Origin: Eledone cirrhosa
Lineage: Eukaryota
DNA: 64,000 nt
Reading direction: 5' to 3'
Assembly (NCBI GenBank): GCA_964016885.1
Contig: OZ024753.1
Span: 14,074,001 to 14,138,000, forward strand
The notes under the pieces are model-generated. The model made no database searches, was not told the DNA's origin, and saw only the letters and a list, made by a program, of their open reading frames with translations. Below, piece by piece: positions 27,590 through 38,068 of the stretch (its first letter is position 1; each line of letters begins with the position of its first letter). The position numbers and the translations under genes are program-made.

Positions 27590-27625
27590 TCTTAACGTTT
27601 CGGACGCTAGTCCTTCATCAGAAGA
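27590..27625 (-). ncRNA. Minimal Penelope-type hammerhead, family H3
   Basis: tctt-CTGATGA-a-ggac tagc gtcc-GAA-ACGT-T-aaga, in an element spanning about 27500-27830; paralog at 47100-47320. Confidence 0.8.
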
Positions 27626-27879
27626 AAGAATGAGTAATTAGAAAGGTTGAAAGGACGGGCAAGGCGGAATCGGAAAAAATGTTTTTAAAGAAAAATAACT
27701 AGTCCATCCATGTTGCCATCTCTTGGGAAACTGTTGATGCTGGCGTTTTGTGTATGATATACTTTTTTTAGAAAAGTGGATGATGGAGTGTGTCTACCTG
27801 AAATGGGGAAAAAATGTTTTGTATATAGAGCTATGCATGTGTGTTATATATATATATATATATATATAGATATATAGAC

Positions 27880-28228
27880 ATGGAGGCACATGGCTTTGTG
27901 GTTAGAGCATTGGCCTTGCAATTGAAAGGTTGTGAGTTCAATTCTCAGACTGGGTGATGTGTTGTTTCCTTGAGCAAGACACTTTATTTCACATTGCTCC
28001 AGTTTACTCAGCTGTATAAATGAGATGATAGGGACTGGGGTCCCTATCATTCCACTGCAAAGTGGTCGTGGAGGTGCCACGGCAAAAAAGCACCCAGCAC
28101 TCACTGTAAATGAGGTTGGTGTTAGGAAGGGCATCCAGCTGTAGAAATCAAGCCAGCATCAGTTCCCGTCCCACCCTTGCAAGCAGGGAAAAAGTGGACG
28201 TAAAATGAAATGATGATGATGATGATGA
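27880..28228 (+). mobile_element. tRNA-derived SINE family B with RTE-derived tail
   Basis: tggcttagtggttagagc A-box, gagttcaattc B-box, ccttgagcaagacacttt core and RTE 3' end. Other copies at 39248-39595, 41529-41920, 47720-48056(-), 48800-49070(-) and 33585-33815. Confidence 0.85.
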
Positions 28229-28275
<47 letters not shown>

Positions 28276-28309
28276 CACACACACACACACTCTCTCATAT
28301 ATACATATA

Positions 28310-28990
28310 CATAAACGAACTAAGGAAAAAATTAGAGATAAGAGGGATCAGATGTTGTTTACTCGAGAGAAGGCTACGTTGGTATGGACACGTGATGCGC
28401 ATGAAAGTCGATAGCTGTATAACAAAGTGCAGGGCAATAAAGATAGACGGTAGTCACGGAATAGGCAGACCTAGAAAAACCTGGGACGAGCTGATAAACT
28501 CCGACATCACACACTTACACCTCTCCAAGACAATGTCACTGGACCGAGACCTTTGGCGGTACTCAGTAACAGAGAAGACCCGCCTTACCTAAATATATAG
28601 TAAAACCTACTCCAGCCAGTAGGCATCTCTAACAAAATACACCCCGTCCCACCACCACCACCCCCACCCCATCCACACCACCCCGTTCTATGTAAAGTTA
28701 TGTTGGTGCCGCGCCATCGAGGCCGAAACAAATGAGATCGTGTAGGTGTCACGACAAAAAAAACACACAGTCCACGCTGTAATGTGGCCGTGTAGGCAAC
28801 ACGGTAAAAACCTCCCAGACCCACACTGTAAATGTGGTTGGTGTTAGGAAGGGCATCCAACTGTAGAAAACCTGCCAGACAGTCCTATGCGAGCAAGGCA
28901 ATCACTCTTGCCTCAAGTGGGACTACCCCCGTCCAAACCCATGCAAGCGTGGAACACGGACGTTAAACGTTGATGATGATGATGATGATG
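28310..28990 (+). mobile_element. RTE 3' fragment nearly identical to 24770-25450
   Basis: Same translation (ORF 28392..28592) and 3'UTR. Confidence 0.9.
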
Positions 28991-29200
28991 TTGTGTCTTT
29001 TACCACAAAGATAGGGTGTAAAAACCGGGACATGACTTAACTACTGGATCGACAAAAAAAAACTCAATTCAAAACACATGGTACAGTGTAAATGCTGAAT
29101 GTAAAATGGCTGTGTCCTTAAACCCTGCCGGACATTGAACCGGTCTGTTCAATCTAAACCAACTGATGCAACAACAACAACAATGGCTGTGTCCCTAAAC

Positions 29201-29545
29201 CAGAGGTTCTCAAAGTTCTCTATAGTAAAATAAAAAAATATATAATACTTATTTATACATCTATATATCTAAAACAGACTGTCTGTCTGTCTGACTCCCT
29301 AAAACACTAGAACCACCCAACCGATTGTTTTCAAACTTTACACATGTAATACTTATGGTCCTGTGAGTGATTTGGGCAAAAAATATTTCAAATTTTCAAT
29401 GCCCTAGGGACCGCATTAGGCGATTTAGCGATCTCTCTCAATAATTCTTAGTCTTTCTTTTTAGATAGATGCATAGATATAACATTGCGCTCTTATAATA
29501 TCTGTCTGTATGTCTGGCTGTCTGCATTACGACATTATGACGCTA

Positions 29546-29583
<38 letters not shown>

Positions 29584-29695
29584 GTGTGTAACGTTTTTCG
29601 AAATGTTTACTTCTGCGTTCACAGATTGATTTTTTTAGTTTCAGAAGATCCCGTTAAGGGTGAAAGCAGCGATTCTTTGCTTAAACTTTAATCTG

Positions 29696-29744
<49 letters not shown>

Positions 29745-30049
29745 TATATTCGTGTACAGATATTTTTGCAGACACAATAAACAAACGTATTTATTTCACG
29801 AAGCTCTATAAGGATTAAATATATATCAAATATATAAAAACTCTAGAGCAAATCCCGAGCAACTCCGGGCCATTCTGCTAGTAGTATATATTATATTATT
29901 TATTATATATGAATTAACGATTTTATTTATTATCTATTATTTACAATTTGCCTGTAGAGAGGTCTCTCTGGAAAAAGGGTTAGGGGTGCACTGAGGATAT
30001 TATGTCGCTGTGATGGGGGTGGGTGGCCCCAAAAGTTTGAGAAACCCTA
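29201..30049. mobile_element. hAT-type MITE carrying a nested Helitron-like insert
   Basis: TIR cagaggttctcaaa / tttgagaaacccta; 8-bp TSD ccctaaac / ccctaaat. Confidence 0.7.
29260..29881 (+). mobile_element. Non-autonomous Helitron-like element
   Basis: A|TC start, (gtct)n near the 5' end, subterminal hairpin cccgagcaactccggg and CTAG|T end. Confidence 0.7.
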
Positions 30050-30209
30050 CCCTAAATCCTGCTGATCAGTGAACTTGTCTGTCCAATCTAACCCAACTAA
30101 TGCTACTCAACAACAACTTGTTGAATGCTGCAGTTGTATCTCTTTTAAAAGAAAAAGAAAAATGTCTTATATTTTGGGGACAGCAAATAGTAACGCAGTG
30201 GGGTGGGAG

Positions 30210-30540
30210 TCATTGTGGTGTTGTTGTTGCTGGTGGTGGTGGTGGAGGGGGTCATTGTGGTGGTGTTGTTGGTGGTGGTGGTTGGGGGTAGCAGTGGTGG
30301 TAGTAGTGTTTGTGGAGGTGATAGTGGTGGTAGTGGTGATGGTGGTTGAGGTGTTGTTGTTGGCGGTGGTGGTAGTAGTGTTGGTGGCGGTAGTGGTGGT
30401 GGGGGTGGGGGTGATAGTAGGGTTGGTGGGAGTGGTAGTAGTGGTGGTGATAGTGGAGGTAGTGGTGGCAGTGTTGTTGTTGGTGGTGGGTGGGGGTCAC
30501 TGTGATGGTGTTGTTGGTGGTGGTGGTGTTGGTGAAATGG
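30210..30540. repeat. (GGT/GTA)n trinucleotide tract
   Basis: Direct observation. Confidence 0.85.
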
Positions 30541-30689
30541 GGTGGGGGCTTGGCTGTTTCAGTTATCAGCTTCCTTGCATAACACCAGCTTTGTGGTCTT
30601 TGACATATGCTAAGAAACAGCTGCTGGTACTAACCTATCTACATTGCCAGCAGAGAATGGGAGAGGTAGGGAGGGAGGGAGTTACATAA

Positions 30690-31460
30690 GTAGATAGAGA
30701 GAGAGAGATTGAGACAAAGAAAGAGAAAACAAGTGAGAGATGTGGGTAGATAGATAGAGATAGACAAAGAGAGGGAAAACAAAAGAGAGAGAGAGAGAGA
30801 GAGAGAGAGATAGGTAGACAGAGATAGACAAAGTGAGGGTAGAAGAAAGAGAGATGTAGATAGAGAGAGAGAGAGAGAGTGAGAGAGATGTAGGTAGATA
30901 GAGAGACAAAGAGAGAGAGATGTAGGTAGATAGACAGAGAGAGAGAGATGTAGGTAGATAGACAGAGAGAGAGAGAGAGATGTAGGTAGATAGACAGAGA
31001 GAGAGAGAGACAGAGAGAGAGAGATGTAGGTAGATAGAGAGACAAAGAGAGAGAGATGTAGGTAGATATAGAGACAAAGAGAGAGAGATGTAGGTAGCTA
31101 GAGAGACAAAGAGAGAGAGATGTAGGTAGATAGAGAGACAAAAAGAGAGAGATGTAGGTAGATAGAGAGACAAAGAGAGAGAGATGTAGGTAGATAGAGA
31201 GACAAAGAGAGAGAGATGTAGGTAGATAGAGAGACAAAGAGAGAGAGATGTATGTAGGTAGATAGAGAGACAAAGAGAGAGAGATGTAGGTAGATAGACA
31301 GACAGAGAGAGAGAGATGTAGGTAGATAGAGAGACAAAGAGAGAGAGAGAGATGTAGGTAGATAGACAGAGAGAGAGAGAGAGAGAGAGATGTAGGTAGA
31401 TAGAGAGATAGACAGAGAGAGAGAGATGTAGGTAGATAGAGAAACAAAAGAGAGAGAGAC
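30690..31460. repeat. (GA)n / gatgtaggtagata compound minisatellite
   Basis: Direct observation. Confidence 0.9.
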
Positions 31461-31572
31461 TGGTTAAGATGTTTTAATTATTTAGCTGTTTTTCAAGATC
31501 TCTAACTACAAATCAATGGATGATAAGGAGCATTGCTTGATTGACAAGTCAAGAAACTTCTGGTCTCATTTA

Positions 31573-31618
31573 TTGTCTGATGACTCTGTGATAAACAGGC
31601 AAAACTCCACAGTAACAA
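31573..31618 (+). ncRNA. Decayed hammerhead (G12 mutated to A)
   Basis: ttgt-CTGATGA-ctctgt gataa acaggc-AAA-ACT ccac AGT-A-acaa. Confidence 0.55.
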
Positions 31619-31643
31619 GACTCACTCTTTAGCCTTAATAAAA

Positions 31644-31684
<41 letters not shown>

Positions 31685-31686
<2 letters not shown>

Positions 31687-33010
31687 TCATCATCATCATC
31701 ATTTTATGTCCGCTTTTCCCTGCTTGCAAGGGTGGGACGGGTCTTATTCAGCACAGCATCTCTCCACTCGTCACGGTCCCTCGTCATCTCCACCGTGAGC
31801 TTCAATGATCTGAGGTCTGTTCTCACCACCTCCGCCCATGTTTTTCGTGGTCTACCTCTACCACGTCTTCCTTCAACTGGCATTTCCTGGCACTTCTTCA
31901 CCCATCGGTCATCCTCCATGCGCATCACATGTCCATACCACCTCAGTCTCCTCTCCCGTACACTACATTCTATCCCTCTCAGACACAGTTTCTCTCTCAA
32001 CACATTTATGCTGGGTCGTTCACGCACATTTACACTGCACATCCAACGGAGCATGCTTGCCTCATTTCTGTCCAGCCGTCGCATATCTTCTGCGGTAGCT
32101 GCCCATGTCTCACTACCATGCAGCATCGCGCTCCTCACACAGGCATCATACAACCGGCCTTTCGTACGCAGGGAGAAACCCTTCTTCGTCAACAGAGGAA
32201 GCAGCTCCCTAAACTTCTTCCAACCCGTCCTTATTCTAGATACTATGGCCTCGGAACACCCTCCTCCCATGCTAATCTGATCTCCTAGGTACCGGAAGCT
32301 ATCCACCACTTCTATAGCGCCCTCTCGCATTTGAAAAATGTGTCTATCAGTGCGACTTCTACTGTCTAACTTCCCTGTACATCTACTGCATACATATTTC
32401 TCCCTACCTGTTAGTTTGCCTGCTATCCCGCTACATCTCTTGTGTACCCAGGACCTACATTGTGTGCATTTTATAGAATTTATGCCAGTTCCTTTTCTGC
32501 ATATCGAACATGGCCATTTCCCTGACGGAATCAGGGTTTTGTCCTCTTTTCTACTCATCAACACTTTTGTCTTAGCTAGATTTACTCTCAGTCCTCTTGC
32601 TTCCAACTGCTGTTTCCATAGCCGGAATTTATTCTCTAGCTCCTCTACTGATTCTGCTATAAGAGCCAGATCGTCAGCATAGAGAAGTTCCCATGGACAG
32701 CCAGTCTTAAACTCCTCTGTTATGGCTTGGAGGACTATAATGAACAAGAGCGGGCTGAGGACCGAACCCTGATGTACTCCTACTTGTATCTGGAATTCCT
32801 CACTAAACTCCATTCCTACCCTGACTTTACTGAGAGTACCTCTGTACAAAGTTTGCACTGTCCTTACAAGCCATTCCTCAACACCCAGCTTCCTTAGGGA
32901 CCACCAGATGACAGATCGGGGTACCCTATCAAAGGCCTTCTCTAGGTCAACAAAGGCTAAGTATAGTGGCTTATTCTTCTCTAAGAACCTCTCTTGCATT
33001 TGTCTCGTTC
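31685..33010 (-). mobile_element. 5'-truncated RTE LINE with an uninterrupted 431-aa RT fragment
   Basis: FVDLEKAFDRV, GVHQGSVLSP, YADD, Cys/His finger and RRLRWYGHVMR motifs; (TGA)n tail into (TA)n. Confidence 0.95.
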
Positions 33011-33362
33011 CTATATATATATATATATAGGAACGAGTAGGACCTGAATTAGCCGCCGAAACGGCTTGAGCTCAGCCGTCGGGGTCCTACTCGTTCCTAT
33101 TACCCACTCTACTACTCTAAGTATTGAGTACTTTGGTGCGTTATGGTCCACCTGGTTCCTTACCACATTTCCTTTGTTATATATATATATATATATATAT
33201 AAAATAAAATAAAATAAATAAGTCAAATGTTTAAAATTTAGCTTCATATGATTCCAGTTCCTCAGTGAAATAACAACCCAACCAGGAACTGGGGATATGA
33301 GAGTATTGACAAAGTTGTACACCTCAACAACATATGTACTTGTCTATACCACACTAATTCGG

Positions 33363-33417
33363 ACTGCCTGAAGAGGTCACAGCCAAAGATGGCTGTCACC
33401 GAAATATATATAGCAGT
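33363..33417 (+). ncRNA. Type I hammerhead, family H1
   Basis: Identical to 12293-12347; element spans about 33200-33570 between (TA)n tracts. Confidence 0.85.
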
Positions 33418-33885
33418 AATAAACGAAGCTAAATTTTAAACATTTGACTTATTTATTTTATTTTATTTTACATTACTCCGGAGTAACCAAACCAACCTGC
33501 GCACTTCGTCGAGTGCTCCAATCTGCATACTGAGGTGTTGGTATACAACCAACATATACTCAAAATATATATATATATATATATTCATTGCTCCAATTTA
33601 CTCTGCTGTAGAAATGAGATGATAGGGACTGGGGTCCTTTTTATTCCACTGCAAAGTGGTCGTGTAGGTGCCATGGCAAAAAAGCACCCACCACTCACTG
33701 TAAATGAGGTTGCTGTTAGGAAGGGCATCCAGCTGTAGAAATCAAGCCAGAATCAGTTCCCGTCCCACCCTTGCAAGCAGGGAAAAAGCGGACGTAAAAT
33801 GAAATGATGATGATGATAGATATATATATATATAAACATGAAGTATAAGTCAACAGGTTAAAATTAACTTTGTTTATTCATAGTC

Positions 33886-33944
33886 GCTGATATATATATT
33901 TCGGTGAAAACTGTTATGCAACAGCTATGACCTCATCAGACAGC
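33886..33944 (-). ncRNA. Type I hammerhead, H1-related subfamily (decayed mirror copy at 34132-34180 on +)
   Basis: gctgt-CTGATGA-ggtcatagctgtt..aacagttttcacc-GAA-ATATATAT-A-tcagc. Confidence 0.75.
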
Positions 33945-34554
33945 TAGAATTTGAACAGAAGAAATAGAAAAACATAAAGATGAAATAAAGCTTACTTCTG
34001 TTATTTCAATTCCTTGGTATGCTCCAGGCTGAAATTTTGTATTGTTTCTCAAGGTACAGGTAGCATATCAAGGAATCAAAATAAAAGAAGTAAGCTTTAT
34101 TTAATCTTTACGTTTTTCTCTTCAAATTCTAGCTGTCCGATGAGTTGCATAATGGTTATCACCGAAATATATATAACAGCGACTATGAATAAACAAAGTT
34201 AATTTTAACCTGTTGACTTGTACTTCATGTTTATATATATACTCTGGAGTAAGTTGACCCATCGGGGTACTTCGTCGAGTGCTCTACCCTGCATACTGAA
34301 GTGTCGGTGATTAACCAACACATACTTGAATTAATGTGTGTGTGTGTGTGAGTGTTGCTATATCTATTAGAACTTAGTAGAATTTTACAGTGGAATAGAT
34401 ATTCAGTGAAACAATGTTATTGGATATAGATCTCAAGGGAGAAACTATTAGTTACCATATTCTAAGTAAAATAGTTGACAGTAATTAAAAATAAAAGCAA
34501 ACAATCTTTGTTTTCTAAATTATTTTTTTAAATCGGGTTATTTTAGTTTTGATT

Positions 34555-35920
34555 TCAGTGAGATATTGTCACAGTGTGATATTGTCATAGTGTGGTATTG
34601 TCTTCAGTGTGGTATTGTCTTCAGTGTGATATTGTCACAGTGTGAAAATATCACATTGTGACGATATCACACTGAAGACAATATCACTCTGTGACAATAT
34701 CACACTGTGACAATACCATACTGTGACGGTATCACACTGAAGACAATATCACACTGTGACAATATCACACTGACAATATCACACTGTGACAATATCACAC
34801 TGAAGACAATATCACACTGAAGACAATGTCATACTGTGACTATATCACACTGAAGACAATATCATACTGAAGATAAATAACACTGTGACAATATAACACT
34901 GAAGACAATATCACACTGAAAACAATATCATACTGTGACAATATAACACTGAAGACAATATAACACTGTGACAATATAACACTGAAGACAATATAACACT
35001 GAAGACAATATCACACTGAAGACAATATCATACTGTGACAATATAACACTGAAGACAATATCACACTGTGACAATATAACACTGAAGACAATATAACACT
35101 GTGACAATATCACACTGTGACAATATTACACTGAAGACAATATCATACTGTGACAATATAACACTGAAGACAATATCACACTGAAAACAATATCATACTG
35201 TAACAATATAACACTGAAGACAATATAACACTGTGACAATATAACACTGAAGACAATATCACACTGAAGACAATATCACACTGAAGACAATATCACACTG
35301 TGACAATATCACACTGAAGACAATATAACACTGAAGACAATATCACACTGAAGACAATATCATACTGTGACAATATAACACTGAAGACAATATCACACTG
35401 AAGACAATATCACACTGTGACAATATCACACTGTGACAATACCACACTGAAGACAATATCACACTGAAGACAATATCACACTGTGACAATATCACACTGA
35501 AGACAATATCACACTGAAGACAATATCACACTGTGACAATATCACACCGAAGACAATATCACACTGAAGACAATATCACACTGAAGACAATATCACACTG
35601 TGACAATATCACACTGTGACAATACCACACTGAAGACAATATCACACTGAAGACAATATCACACTGTGACAATATCACACTGAAGACAATATCACACTGA
35701 AGACAATATCACACTGTGACAATATAACACTGAAGACAATATCACACTGAAGACAATATCACACTGAAGACAATATCACACTGTGACAATATCACACTGA
35801 AGACAATATCACACTGAAGACAATATCACACTGAAGACAATATCACACTGAAGACAATATCACACTGAAGACAATATCACACTGAAGACAATATCACACT
35901 GAAGACAGTGTGATATTGTC
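34555..35920. repeat. 17-bp minisatellite (tgaagacaatatcacac / tgtgacaatatcacac) with inverted end segments
   Basis: Long tandem array; the first ~90 bp and last ~15 bp are in the opposite orientation. Confidence 0.92.
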
Positions 35921-36156
35921 AGAGGAGGTGTACAGGGTGCCACATGGAAATATAGCCCAGGTTCCATATAAAAAAAAAAAAGGCTGTCTTTTCATGTGCC
36001 TCAATCTATTTCTGGTTTACACAATACTACGGCACCTGAGCTATTTTGTCCTGGGCCATACTATATGATATATAATTCTCTTTATAGCTCTACCTCACTC
36101 TAAACCATTCTCACTTATTCTTTACCTTTCCTTCTCTTTTCTTCATCTAAAAACAG

Positions 36157-36426
36157 AAGAATATTGGACTTGGTGGTGGATTAGCTGCTGCTGCTGCCGC
36201 AGATGCTGCTGGTGGTGCTGGTGCTGGTGGTGCTGGTGGTGCTGGAGCTGGTGGTGCTGGAGCTGGTGGTGCTGGTGCTGGTGGTGCTGGTGCTGGTGCC
36301 GGTGCCGGTGCTGGTGCTGTTAACAACGTAGGTTTACCAGCTAATGGTGAAAACAACCAATTAAATATGGCCATAGCTAAACTTCATGCTCTAGATGATA
36401 GCCATGACCAACTGCAACCAAAACAG
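36157..36426 (+). CDS. Internal exon of an unidentified host gene (KNIGLGGGLAAAAAADAAGGAGAGG...VNNVGLPANGENNQLNMAIAKLHALDDSHDQLQPKQ)
   Basis: Polypyrimidine tract and cag acceptor before 36157 (alternative NAGNAG at 36160); open frame of 270 nt; CAG|gtaggt donor; phase 0-0. Confidence 0.75.
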
Positions 36427-37065
36427 GTAGGTTTACTTGAGCTTTGCCTTTCATCCTTACGAGGTCGATAAAGTAAAGTACGAGTAATGCACTGGGGTTG
36501 ATTTAATTGCCCCCCCCCCCCCCACCAAAAACTGCTGGCCTTGTGTCTAAATCAGAAACCATTATTATAAAAGAAGAGCTGTTTCTTTGTCTGTCTGTCA
36601 CACCACACTTATATGAATATAGGATTGTAGCGGGTCATTGCAAGCTTAACAATCTACAAGGGTTAGAGGTAATAAGGAAGTGTTGTTTGCCATAGAAGTA
36701 TATATATATATATATACACACATATATATACTTATATACATATATATCAGGTGTAATATCAAAAGTGACACAGAGGAGACTGAGGTTGGCTGGACATGCT
36801 CACCGACATCCAGAGTTGACATTGCACTCAGTCCTCCTTTGGGAGCCCCTACATGGACACACTAGAAGAGGAAGACCAAGGTTAACATATGTTGATGCCC
36901 TAAGGACAGACACTGGTCTGTTGGAGATGCAGGATATGGCAGCGATAATGAGGGACAGAGACCGCTGGAGAGAACTCGTCCATGGATCTCGGGAATTTTA
37001 CCCGCCTTAAATAGATAGATAGATACGTATATATACATACATATATATATATAAATACATACATA

Positions 37066-37720
37066 CTAGTAGAATGACCTGGCGTTGCTCAGGCTTCTAA
37101 ACATAGATTGGCATGTTTATCCCTCCTTTCTGAAACAGTACAGAGAAGTACGGAATACCTCGGCCTGGGGATGATGTCTACATTTTGTGCTTAGGCAAAT
37201 CATTTTCCATTAAGATTTTTCAAAAGCATGTAGTTGCGTTCCCTCTCTTTTTTGTTGGTGTGATAGCAACCATTGGTCGTACTACTAACACAGTCTCGTC
37301 CTTCTTCAGCCAGTCATGTATATCCCCTTCTGCCTCGTCTACCTAAACAACGATTGGAAGTCTCCTACCTCTGACCGACGAAGACCACAAGTTTTTGCAA
37401 ATCTACTTCATTGGAGATGCAGATTCACAAGCGATTTGTCGCCATTGGGCCATCCGAGGAACCAGACTTGAAATCATTCGCCAGTTGCAGGACATGTTAA
37501 GCAACTTCAGTTTCCAATAAGACTAAGCTTCATGATTACCATCAACAAAGCTCAGGGTCAAACCCTAAAAGAGGCTGGTCTTCATTTGGGAAAACCATGC
37601 TTCTCCCATGCTCCATTGTATGTAGGATGCTCTAGGGTGAGCTCGCCAAACAATCTCTTCATCTTTGCTCCGGAGGGCCGAACAAAAAATATTGTATACT
37701 CTGAGGCTCTGACAATGTAA
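37066..37720 (+). mobile_element. Internally deleted Helitron: RepHel N-terminal remnant fused to PIF1-like helicase C-terminus
   Basis: DEDHKFLQIYFIGD...LEIIRQLQDML, then QFPIRLSFMITINKAQGQTL...CFSHAPLYVGCSRV...TKNIVYSEAL; hairpin plus CTAG end on the minus strand at about 37066-37094. Confidence 0.8.
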
Positions 37721-37977
37721 TTTATGTATTTTCTGTTACTTGGAATTTCCATTATGGTTGTACAAATTATTGTTTGTTAAGAAATTTGTTCTCTGTTCAA
37801 CCTTTATTGTTGTAACTATCAATTTTCTTTAACGTACTGGCTGCTGAACTGGGGAATCCTAAAAACTATTCAAATCCAACATCAAAGCACATTACCCCAC
37901 ATTTATTTGAGTATATATGCTGTTGTATTTTAAAATAATGTTTAAAGAAAACACAAATAATTGTTTTGTTTTTCTAG

Positions 37978-38068
37978 CCTAATGACCAAATGATTGTAGA
38001 ACATCAAAATGTAGTTCCCAAAGAACCACTTGGTCTCCAGAATGATCAGAATTTCCAAATTCCACCAG
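37978..38068 (+). CDS. Internal exon of the same gene (PNDQMIVEHQNVVPKEPLGLQNDQNFQIPP)
   Basis: ttgttttgtttttctag acceptor; 91 nt open in phase 0; CAG|gtgact donor leaves phase 1. Confidence 0.75.

Noticed and set aside
25826-31447. Ser/Leu-rich, Val-rich and His-rich ORFs
   Set aside because: Products of (CT)n/(GA)n and (GGT)n tracts; no splice or domain support.
33475-33565. H1 3' hairpins as an HDV-like ribozyme
   Set aside because: Could not place P1.1, a 7-nt L3 or the J4/2 catalytic C.
36147-36374. Minus-strand Pro/Ala-rich ORF
   Set aside because: Antisense shadow of the + strand exon, which has proper splice sites.
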